A program made the position numbers and the translations under genes. The notes beneath the pieces are model-generated. The model did no database searches, had not been told where the DNA came from, and worked only from the letters and a program-made list of their open reading frames with translations. A DNA stretch of 33,217 nt from an uncultured Methanosarcinales archaeon (GTDB lineage Archaea; Nanobdellota; Nanobdellia; Woesearchaeales; CAZXZL01): contig CAZXZL010000007.1 of assembly GCA_964645415.1 (NCBI GenBank), positions 1-33,217 of the forward strand. The letters run 5' to 3'. This document shows positions 9,576 to 18,272 of this stretch, in pieces. Each line of letters starts with the position of its first letter. Position 1 is the stretch's first letter.

Positions 9576-11024
9576 ATGGATAAAATACTTACAAAATCTG
9601 CATATATGAAAGGATTAGAAAGTCCGGCATATCTTTGGAAGTATGTCAATGATAGAGAGTCATTACCTAACTTAGATTTAACTGCAAAATATAGGGTTGA
9701 TCAAGGAATATTAATTGAACAATATGCAAAACAATTATATGATGGAAAAGATTTATCTGGAATGAGTTTTAATGAAAATATAAAAGAAACAAAAAAACTA
9801 GTGAAAAATGAAAAGACAATATATGAAGCAGGTTTTAAAAAAGGTAGGCTTTATGTTCGCTCAGATATTTTAGTTAAATTAAATAATGGTTGGGAATTAA
9901 TAGAAATTAAAGGAAGTACAAGAAAGAAAAAATATCATTATGATGATTTATCTTATCAGAAATATGTTTTAGAAAAATCAGGATTAAAGATTACAAAATC
10001 ATCATTAATTTTAGTAAATAGAGATTATGAAAAATCTGAAAAATTAAGACCTGAAGAATTCTTAAAAAAAGTAGATGTGACTGATGAAGTAAAAAAAGCA
10101 CAAGAGGGAATAGAAAATAGAATTAATAAAATGTTAAATATAATAGATAAAAAAGATTGCCCTAAATTTAACCCATTAAATATTAGAAAAAGTGTACATG
10201 GAAATCCTTTAATTGATGACTTTAAAAATAAACTTCCTTCAGACTCAATTTTTCATTTAAGTAGGGGAGGAAAAAAAATTAACAAACTTTACAAAAAAGG
10301 TATAACTAAAATTTCTAACATACCTAATGATTTTAAACTATCTAAAAAACAAAAAATACAAAAAAAAGTTTGTATGAATGATAAACCACATATTGAAAAA
10401 CAAAAAATAAAACAATTTCTAAAAAATTTAAAATATCCATTAAGTTTTATGGATTTTGAAACAATGCAATCTGCAATTCCATTATTTGAAAAAGCTAATC
10501 CTTATCAATCAATACCTTTTCAATATTCGATTCATATTGAATACGAAAATGGTAGTTTAGATCATAAAGAATTTCTTTATAAAAAAAGTAAAGATCCAAG
10601 ATATGATTTTATAAATAATTTGATTCAAGATATACCTAAAGAAGGCTCAATTCTTGTTTGGAATAAACATTTTGAAAAAAGAAAACTTAAAAAATTATCA
10701 AAGTTGTTCCCTAAATTCAAAGAAGATATTAAAAATATTAATAAAAGAATAATTGATCTAATGGTTGTTTTTAAAAACTTTTGGTACCATCATAAAGATC
10801 AAAAAGGAAGTTATAGTGTGAAGAATGTTCTCCCTATTTTTTCAGATAAATCTTATAATGAACTAGAAATTGATAATGGAAGTCAAGCATTTATAATTTA
10901 TAATAAACATTTTGGTCATTTATCAAAAGATAATGAAAAACATCTCTTAGAATATTGTAAAATGGATACTTATGCTTTAAAAATTATTAAAGATTCTTTG
11001 ATTGATCTGATTGAAGTGAGTTAA
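9576..11024 (+). CDS. DUF2779-domain protein (N-terminal PD-(D/E)XK nuclease plus C-terminal RNase H-like/DEDD domain)
   Basis: LTKS start, YEAGF, RSDIL, LIEIKGST, DLSYQKYVL; FMDFET, IPFQYS, SYSVKNVLP, LLEYCKMDT; TATA at 9544-9551 favours ATG 9576. Confidence 0.85.
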   Translation: MDKILTKSAYMKGLESPAYLWKYVNDRESLPNLDLTAKYRVDQGILIEQYAKQLYDGKDLSGMSFNENIKETKKLVKNEKTIYEAGFKKGRLYVRSDILVKLNNGWELIEIKGSTRKKKYHYDDLSYQKYVLEKSGLKITKSSLILVNRDYEKSEKLRPEEFLKKVDVTDEVKKAQEGIENRINKMLNIIDKKDCPKFNPLNIRKSVHGNPLIDDFKNKLPSDSIFHLSRGGKKINKLYKKGITKISNIPNDFKLSKKQKIQKKVCMNDKPHIEKQKIKQFLKNLKYPLSFMDFETMQSAIPLFEKANPYQSIPFQYSIHIEYENGSLDHKEFLYKKSKDPRYDFINNLIQDIPKEGSILVWNKHFEKRKLKKLSKLFPKFKEDIKNINKRIIDLMVVFKNFWYHHKDQKGSYSVKNVLPIFSDKSYNELEIDNGSQAFIIYNKHFGHLSKDNEKHLLEYCKMDTYALKIIKDSLIDLIEVS

Positions 11025-11044
11025 TTATTTAAAAAAATAAAAAA

Positions 11045-11434
11045 TTAATTGTTATTCTTCTTATTAATCTCTATCTTATCACAATCAATTATGGCTCTTT
11101 TCATTGCTTTCAAAGGTAATGTTGCACATTTTATTCTATTAACACCTAAATTCATATCTAGTAAATCTTGGACTTTTTCATTATTATAATCTAAAACTTC
11201 TTTTATATTACTCCCTATAAATTTATCTATCAAAATATCACTTGATGCCATTGAAATCATACATCCTTTACCTTCAAATTTTGCATCTACTATTTTATTA
11301 CTTTTTATTTTTAAATAGATTGTAACTTTATCTCCACATACTTCATTTTTATCACAAAATTTACAAGTAAAATCAGATGGTTTTCCTTTATGATCTGGCA
11401 TTTCGTAATGAAGATCTATTTTTTCATTATACAT
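11045..11434 (-). CDS. sufU: Fe-S scaffold / sulfur-transfer protein, SufU/IscU family
   Basis: VCGD, GKGCMISMAS, RIKCATLP; directly downstream of sufS. Confidence 0.88.
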   Translation of the reverse strand: MYNEKIDLHYEMPDHKGKPSDFTCKFCDKNEVCGDKVTIYLKIKSNKIVDAKFEGKGCMISMASSDILIDKFIGSNIKEVLDYNNEKVQDLLDMNLGVNRIKCATLPLKAMKRAIIDCDKIEINKKNNN

Positions 11435-12622
11435 TTAAATCCCCTTCAAAGTATTGTATAAAATATCAACATCTTTTTTTGAATTATAAAGATAAAAACT
11501 TGCTCTAACACTACCATCTATACCTAAAAAATCATGTAGTGGTTCTGCACAATGGTTTCCTGCCCTTACTGAAATATTATTTTTTGAAAGATAATAAGCT
11601 ACATCGTGTGGATGGTAATCTTTATGAGTGAAACTAATTAAAGAAGCACTTTCTTTTGATGAGATTATATTAATCTTTTCGATATTACTTAATTTTTTTC
11701 TTGCATATTTTGATAATTTTTTAACATGGTTTTCGATTTTCTTCATTCCTATTTTTTCAAGATAATCAATTGATAGTCCTAAACTATATGCTTGTACAAA
11801 AGGCATTGTTCCTGCTTCAAATTTCTCTGGAATTTCTGCAACACTAAAAGAACCTTTTTTTACTTCTTTAATCATATCTCCTCCGCCTAAAAAAGGAGGA
11901 ATCTCATTAAGAAGATCTTTCTTTCCATAAAGTACTCCTATCCCTGTTTCAGATAACATTTTATGACCTGAAAAGGCTAAAAAATCAATATTTTCATTAA
12001 TCTTAAAATTGGAATGAGGTATTAATTGAGCACCATCAACTATTGTGTATGCATCATTTTCCTTTGCAATCTTAAAAAATTCATTAGAAGTATGATTTCC
12101 TAAAACATTTGAAGCACCAGTTAAAGAAACTATATCACAATCTTTGACTTTCTTTTTAAATGAATTCATATCTAAACTTTTATCTTTATTTAAATAAATG
12201 TAATCTATTTCTAGATTATATTTTTCTTTTGCTAAAAGCCATGGAACGATGTTACTATGGTGTTCCATTATACTAATTAGTACTTTTGGATTATCTTTAT
12301 TTAAGTGTCTAATTAATGAATCAGAGATTAAATTCATTGATTCTGTTGTATTTTTTGTAAAAATTATTTCTTCTTTTTTTGACCCAATAAAATTAGATAT
12401 TTTTTCTCTTGATTTATCATATAACTTACTTGATCTTTCACTTAATTCATATATACCTCTATGAATATTAGCATAATCATTTTTATAAAAATTAGTAATC
12501 TTTTTTAAAATAGGTATTGGTTTTTGTGAACTTGCAGCACTATCCAAAAAAATATTATTTTTAAATACAGGAAAATCTTTTCTTATTTTCTTAAGTGTTT
12601 TTTTATTTAACATTCCAATCAT
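11435..12622 (-). CDS. sufS: Cysteine desulfurase, class II
   Basis: DSAASSQKP, NIHRG, EHHSN, DGAQ, FSGHK (PLP Lys), RAGNHCA, RASFYLYN. Confidence 0.95.
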   Translation of the reverse strand: MIGMLNKKTLKKIRKDFPVFKNNIFLDSAASSQKPIPILKKITNFYKNDYANIHRGIYELSERSSKLYDKSREKISNFIGSKKEEIIFTKNTTESMNLISDSLIRHLNKDNPKVLISIMEHHSNIVPWLLAKEKYNLEIDYIYLNKDKSLDMNSFKKKVKDCDIVSLTGASNVLGNHTSNEFFKIAKENDAYTIVDGAQLIPHSNFKINENIDFLAFSGHKMLSETGIGVLYGKKDLLNEIPPFLGGGDMIKEVKKGSFSVAEIPEKFEAGTMPFVQAYSLGLSIDYLEKIGMKKIENHVKKLSKYARKKLSNIEKINIISSKESASLISFTHKDYHPHDVAYYLSKNNISVRAGNHCAEPLHDFLGIDGSVRASFYLYNSKKDVDILYNTLKGI

Positions 12623-12723
12623 ATTAACAAATGTTTACTTTATTTTAAAATTATCGTTAAATTTTTTCATTTTAAGAAAAAAATATAAATAACTAAATTC
12701 TGTTTATTAAAAGGTGATTTATA

Positions 12724-14493
12724 ATGAAAAAGATTATTGTATTATTAACTTTATTTATGATTTTATTTGTAACTAATGTTTATTCATTTGATGCTAATAA
12801 CTTATTAGATGAAAATTATAACCAAACTTTAATTGAAAATCTTGTTTATTCAGAAGATAAAGGTTATTTAGATTATATTAATATAAACTATTTACTGAAT
12901 AATTATGAACCTGTATTATCTGAAATTGATGATTTGGAAGAAGAATTTGAAAAATATTCTTCTCATGATGTTTCTTTCATTCTTGAAGATTTTCTTAATA
13001 TTTTAGAAGAATTTTTAGAAGATTTTCAAAGTCTTGAAGACTATGAGAATATTCAAAATTTAACTTACTATCAAGAAAAAATCATTAATGAAATTCATGT
13101 TCTCAGAAATGATTTAGAAGATCTTAAGGAAGAAGACCCTTTAGATGTATTAGATGATGAAACATTTAACAAATTAAATAATAGTTTATATGAACTTGAA
13201 AGTGAAGTAGAAAATGTAAGTTTATTTGAAATATCTGAAGAGTTAAATAATTTTGATATTTGGGAGTATCTTAAAAATAGAATTGAATTAGAAGAAGATT
13301 TAGATTTAGAGAAAGATTATGTTAGAGATTTAATTCTTTCAAAAAACTATGCTTATGAATTAGATGATTGTAAGTCTATTAATATTAATATGTCTTATCA
13401 AGATTCAAATGAAATTTTTCATATTGAAGATAAATGTATGAAAAATTATTTAGAGGACTCTAATTGGACTACTTTTGAATCTAAAAATGAATCTGAAAAA
13501 GATTTAATTAGTGTTTGTGATAAACAAATTAAAAGAGCAATTAATATTTCTAAAAGTGAAACTAATTGCGATTATCTAGAATATCTTATGTTATGTCCAG
13601 AAAATAATGAAACTAGATTAATTAATAATAGTTGTGTTGTTTCATCTCTTCAAACTAAAGGTTGGAGTACTTATCAAAAGATTGAAGAAATTTCTGATGA
13701 TGAATCTAAAGATGAATCTAGTGATTCATCAGGAAGCTCTCAAAGAGAAACTCCTTCAGAGTCTTCAAGTTCTCGAGATGATGTTAGTTCAGAAATTACT
13801 GGTTCAACACCTAGTAATTTATCAACTGATAAAGTTAATGAAACTAAAGAAATTAATGATTCATTAGATGATGTTTCTATTAATGATTCAATTGAAGAAA
13901 AAACTAACGATTCAAAAACAGATGTTAAAAATGAATCTGTTGATGTTCAAGATAAAACATCTTCTAGAAGGGAAGCTGCTTTAAATAGAGTTCAAGACTT
14001 AAGGTCAGAGAGAGGTAGAGGTGTTGGTAGAGAGAATATTTCAAACGAAACTGATTATGCTGTTAAAAACATAACTGATAGAAGAAGTGAAGTTGCTAAA
14101 TCTGTTCATTCAATTAGAGAAATGAGTAATTTTACTGGACAAATGGGTCCAAGAATTAGTGAAATTGCAAGAGATATTAATGAATCAATGAGAAACTTGG
14201 AATTTTATGAAGAATCTATTTCTAATAGAGGAAGATTTTCGAGATTCTTTTTTGGCGGAGATATTAATTCTGCAAGGGAAATTCAAAATCAAACATCTCA
14301 AAATGAAGAAAGAATAGAAGAAATTCAGTCTATTCTTAATGAGAGTGAAGAAATTCCTAATGAAGTAAAAGATTTCTTAGAAGAAGAAATTGATAGAATA
14401 AAATCTGAACAAGATAGACTTAAAGAATTATCTGAAAATGAAACGAATTCTAGAGGTATCTTTTCAAGAATCATCCCTGGTTTTTTAAGATAA
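12724..14493 (+). CDS. Secreted acidic protein with two Cys repeats, Ser-rich linker and C-terminal helical domain (paralog B)
   Basis: AGGTGA RBS, signal peptide, many N-x-S/T sequons; shares SEIARDIN, FFxGGD, EQxRL and RGIF with paralog A. Confidence 0.85.
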   Translation: MKKIIVLLTLFMILFVTNVYSFDANNLLDENYNQTLIENLVYSEDKGYLDYININYLLNNYEPVLSEIDDLEEEFEKYSSHDVSFILEDFLNILEEFLEDFQSLEDYENIQNLTYYQEKIINEIHVLRNDLEDLKEEDPLDVLDDETFNKLNNSLYELESEVENVSLFEISEELNNFDIWEYLKNRIELEEDLDLEKDYVRDLILSKNYAYELDDCKSININMSYQDSNEIFHIEDKCMKNYLEDSNWTTFESKNESEKDLISVCDKQIKRAINISKSETNCDYLEYLMLCPENNETRLINNSCVVSSLQTKGWSTYQKIEEISDDESKDESSDSSGSSQRETPSESSSSRDDVSSEITGSTPSNLSTDKVNETKEINDSLDDVSINDSIEEKTNDSKTDVKNESVDVQDKTSSRREAALNRVQDLRSERGRGVGRENISNETDYAVKNITDRRSEVAKSVHSIREMSNFTGQMGPRISEIARDINESMRNLEFYEESISNRGRFSRFFFGGDINSAREIQNQTSQNEERIEEIQSILNESEEIPNEVKDFLEEEIDRIKSEQDRLKELSENETNSRGIFSRIIPGFLR

Positions 14494-14608
14494 TTCTTTT
14501 ATTTTCTTCTTTTTTTTATTTTTAAATTTATTTTATACAATTATTTTATTGATATTACTTCATTTTTGAGACATAAATTATTTATATATAACTTTTTTTC
14601 TAACGCTT

Positions 14609-16378
14609 ATGCCAAGACTTGCAATTTTAGATAAGGAAAAATGTGTAATTGATAAAAAATGTCCTTTTCAATGTAGAAAATTTTGTCCAGAAGTAAGAAT
14701 GGGTAATGAAGCAGTAGTTAGAGATGAAGATGATGATAAACCAATAATTGTTGAAGAGGTTTGTACTGGTTGTGGTATTTGTGTTAAGAGATGCCCTGTA
14801 AACTGTATTGATATTATTAATTTACCAGAAGAACTTGATAAAACAGCAATTCATCGTTTTGGAAAAAATGGATTCAAATTATTTAATCTTCCCTCTCCTA
14901 AAAAAGGCTCTATTGTAGGAATTATCGGACGGAATGGTATTGGTAAAAGTACTTCTATTAAAATTCTTTCAAATATAATAAATCCTAATTTTGAAGAAGA
15001 AAATTTAACAAAAGAAGAGTCTATTAAAAAATTACAAAATCGTTATAAAGGTAAAGAGCAACAAAACTTCTTTGAAAAATTATCTAATGGAGAGATAAAA
15101 GTTTCTCATAAACCTCAACAAGTGGAAGATATTCCTAAAATGAGTGAAGGAAAAGCTATTGACTTATTAAAATCAGTAAATAAAAATTCTAAAGATAATG
15201 AGATAAAAAGTATTATTAATGAACTTGGTCTTAAAGATATTATCCACCGTGATGTAAGTGTTTTATCAGGTGGAGAACTTCAAAAAGTAGCTATTGCTGC
15301 AACATTTTTAAAAGAAGCTGATATATTCTTATTAGATGAACCAACATCTTATCTTGATCTTAATGGAAGAGTTGATGTTTCAAGATTTATGAGGAAGTTT
15401 ATAAAGAAAAATCCAGAAAAGTCAATTATGGTTATTGAACATGACCTTATAACACTTGATTTTTTATCTGATTATGTTCAAATTGTTTATGGAAAACCTT
15501 CTGCTTATGGAATTTTTAGCCAATTAAAATCAACAAATGAAGGAATAAATGAGTATCTTTCAGGAATGTTATCTAATGAAAATGTACGTATAAGAAAAAA
15601 TAAAATAAAATATGGTTCTAAAACACATAATAAAGCTTTAAACACAAAACCATTAATTAGTTGGAAAGATTTAGAAATTAATTTAGGAGAATTTACATTA
15701 AAATCTAATGAAGGAAATATTAATATTAATAAAATAACAGGTTTTGTCGGAAAAAATGGTATTGGAAAAACAACTTTAATGAAAGCTTTAGCTGGAAAAA
15801 TTGATATTGATTCAGGAGAAATTGATGGTGAAGACCTTGAAATTGCTTATAAACCTCAATATATCGATCGTGATGATACACCTGTTTCTTATGTTCTTAG
15901 AAATGCAACTTCTAAATCGCTAAAACAATTTGATGTTGAACATTTAATGGATAATTCTTTAGATGAATTATCAGGTGGAGAACTTCAAAAAGTAGCTATC
16001 TTAAAAACAGTAAGTGAAGATGCTGATATTTATCTTTTAGATGAACCAAGTACATTTTTAGATGTAGAAGAAAGACTAAGACTGTTTCGTATAATTAGAT
16101 CTTTAATTTATGATAAAGATAAAACTGCTGTTGTAATTGATCATGATCTTTTATTTATTGATTATATTTGTGATGAACTAACTGTTTTCTCAGGTGAAAG
16201 TGGTAAAGAAGGTAATATTAATGGACCTTTCCTTATTGAGAAAGGAATGAATAACTTTCTGAAAAAATTAGATATTACAATGAGAAGAGACTTTCATAGT
16301 AAAAGACCTCGTATTAATAAACTAGAATCTCAACTTGATAAAAAACAAAGAGATGAAGGAAATTGGTATGGTCGTTAA
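14609..16378 (+). CDS. rli: Ribosome-recycling ATPase ABCE1/RLI
   Basis: N-terminal Fe-S Cys cluster (CTGCGICVKRCP), two NBDs with GxNGIGK and LSGGELQ, RPRINK terminus. Confidence 0.97.
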   Translation: MPRLAILDKEKCVIDKKCPFQCRKFCPEVRMGNEAVVRDEDDDKPIIVEEVCTGCGICVKRCPVNCIDIINLPEELDKTAIHRFGKNGFKLFNLPSPKKGSIVGIIGRNGIGKSTSIKILSNIINPNFEEENLTKEESIKKLQNRYKGKEQQNFFEKLSNGEIKVSHKPQQVEDIPKMSEGKAIDLLKSVNKNSKDNEIKSIINELGLKDIIHRDVSVLSGGELQKVAIAATFLKEADIFLLDEPTSYLDLNGRVDVSRFMRKFIKKNPEKSIMVIEHDLITLDFLSDYVQIVYGKPSAYGIFSQLKSTNEGINEYLSGMLSNENVRIRKNKIKYGSKTHNKALNTKPLISWKDLEINLGEFTLKSNEGNININKITGFVGKNGIGKTTLMKALAGKIDIDSGEIDGEDLEIAYKPQYIDRDDTPVSYVLRNATSKSLKQFDVEHLMDNSLDELSGGELQKVAILKTVSEDADIYLLDEPSTFLDVEERLRLFRIIRSLIYDKDKTAVVIDHDLLFIDYICDELTVFSGESGKEGNINGPFLIEKGMNNFLKKLDITMRRDFHSKRPRINKLESQLDKKQRDEGNWYGR

Positions 16379-16493
16379 TTCATTATAAATTAATTTTCAT
16401 TTAGTTAAAATAATTTTTTTTAATACTTTCTATGATATAAACTTAGTATAAAATAAAATATTTTATATAACATCTATTTAATTAATTATTAAG

Positions 16494-17243
16494 ATGATAT
16501 ATCTTCTATACTTTTTTATAATTGCTTTATCAATTAATTTAATTATGTTTATTCCAGCATATTTTTTTAAAACTGATAAACTTACTGATCTTAGTTATTC
16601 AATCACATTTATCTTACTATCAATTATTTCTTTATTTTTAAGTTCCTTTTCTTTTAGAAACATAATACTTTCCTTAATGGTTATTTTATGGGGTTTAAGA
16701 TTAGGATCATTTTTATTTATTAGAATCAATTATTCAAAAAAAGATAAAAGATTTGACGGAATTAGAGAATCATTTAAAAAATTCTTAAAGTTTTGGTCAC
16801 TTCAAGGAGTTTCAGTTTGGATTATACTAATTCCATTTTTTCTTTTCATGAGAACTGAATCAAATTCTGTTTTTTGGGTTGGTCTTTTTGTTTGGTTAAT
16901 TGGATTATTAATTGAGTCTGTTGCAGATATTCAGAAGTTCTTATTTAGTTTAAAAGATAAAAATAAAGGAGAATTTATTAAATCTGGAATTTGGAAATAT
17001 TCAAGACATCCAAACTATTTTGGAGAAATTTTATGTTGGTTTGGAATTTATTTATTTGTTTTTCCATCATTAAACTTAATTCAATTATTAATAGGATTAA
17101 TTAGTCCAATTTATATTTCATCTCTTTTAATATTCTTTACAGGAATTCCAAAACTAGAAGAGTATGCAGATAAAAAATGGGGAGATAGAGATGATTATCA
17201 AGAATATAAAGAAAACACTAATAAATTAATTCCTTGGTTTTAA
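16494..17243 (+). CDS. DUF1295 family membrane protein (steroid 5-alpha-reductase/ICMT-like)
   Basis: WGLRLG, DKRF, ADIQK, WKYSRHPNYFGE, TGIPKLE, LIPW. Confidence 0.9.
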   Translation: MIYLLYFFIIALSINLIMFIPAYFFKTDKLTDLSYSITFILLSIISLFLSSFSFRNIILSLMVILWGLRLGSFLFIRINYSKKDKRFDGIRESFKKFLKFWSLQGVSVWIILIPFFLFMRTESNSVFWVGLFVWLIGLLIESVADIQKFLFSLKDKNKGEFIKSGIWKYSRHPNYFGEILCWFGIYLFVFPSLNLIQLLIGLISPIYISSLLIFFTGIPKLEEYADKKWGDRDDYQEYKENTNKLIPWF

Positions 17244-17305
17244 TTATCCTCTAGTTACTTTATAAAATTTAAAAGAAATATAATAAATAAAATAAAAATT
17301 GATGA

Positions 17306-17551
17306 TTAATATTTTTTAAGTCTATCATCATTTATACAATAATATTCATTTGCAATATAAACACTATCTTTACACTTTATACAATCTTTAAAATATTCAT
17401 TATTAATTAAAGCAACATCTTTTAAGTTGTGAACAATTTCTCCATAATTACTTTTATATAAATAATTAAACATTTTTTCAAGTCTATCTTTTTCATTTCC
17501 TGAAATCAATCTTTTTATTCTTTTTTCTAAGCAATCTTTTTCATAATCCAT
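17306..17551 (-). CDS. Small hypothetical protein with CxxC
   Basis: 81-aa ORF with CIKC..YYC; TATA-like ATTAAATA about 22-29 nt upstream. Confidence 0.55.
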   Translation of the reverse strand: MDYEKDCLEKRIKRLISGNEKDRLEKMFNYLYKSNYGEIVHNLKDVALINNEYFKDCIKCKDSVYIANEYYCINDDRLKKY

Positions 17552-17684
17552 AATTTATAGTTTAATCTGTATTATTTAATCTTTTTCTTTTTTTCTTTAT
17601 TTCTTTATCATTCTTCTAATCGAGTTTCTTCTAACATCTAATTCCTTCTAAAATTATGATAAATATTATATAATTACTTTTCCC

Positions 17685-17771
17685 TTAGATGATTTTGATT
17701 TCTATACTATCGAAGATGAATCTACCCTACTATTTTTCGAAGAAGAAAGAGCGGAGATTATTTCTTTAGCA
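17685..17771. repeat. Dispersed degenerate repeat, copy A
   Basis: Shares TTAGATGATTTTGAT, TTTCGAAGAAGA and AGATT-nnn-TCTTTAGCA with 33157-33215. Confidence 0.75.
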
Positions 17772-17844
17772 AAAATTTAACTAAATTAATTTTTATTAGA
17801 ATTTTCATTAATTTTATAAACAATAGTAGTGTCTTTTTGATACA

Positions 17845-18249
17845 ATGAAAGACTGTATTTTTTGTAAAATAATTAATAAAGAAATAGACTCTTTTGAGAT
17901 TTATGAAGATGATATTGTTAAAGTTTTTCTTGATGAAAATCCAAAATCGAATGGTCATCTTTTAGTTGTTCCAAAAAAACATTATGAAAATATATTTGAC
18001 ACTCCAAAAAAAGTGTTGGCTAAAATAAATGAAGTATGTAAAGAAATGGCTCAACTTTGTAAACAAAAATTAGATTGTGATGGTGTTAATATAGTTAATG
18101 CATCTGGTAAGGAAGCACAGCAATCAGTTTTTCATTTACATTATCATGTCGTTCCAAGATATGAAAATGATAATATTGACTTATGGTTTCATGGTCAATC
18201 TGAAGATATAAAAGAAATAAAAGAAGTTTACAATAAACTAAAAAATTAA
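17845..18249 (+). CDS. hit: HIT family nucleotide hydrolase
   Basis: CIFCKI, GHLLVVPKKH, QSVFHLHYH histidine triad. Confidence 0.95.
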   Translation: MKDCIFCKIINKEIDSFEIYEDDIVKVFLDENPKSNGHLLVVPKKHYENIFDTPKKVLAKINEVCKEMAQLCKQKLDCDGVNIVNASGKEAQQSVFHLHYHVVPRYENDNIDLWFHGQSEDIKEIKEVYNKLKN

Positions 18250-18272
18250 TACTCTAAAAGTAATTAATTATT

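Noticed and set aside
17685..17771. TIGR-type guide array or IS630 remnant (EDES motif)
   Set aside because: Only two or three irregular units, no Nop-domain gene adjacent; the peptide similarity is too short and no terminal inverted repeats are seen
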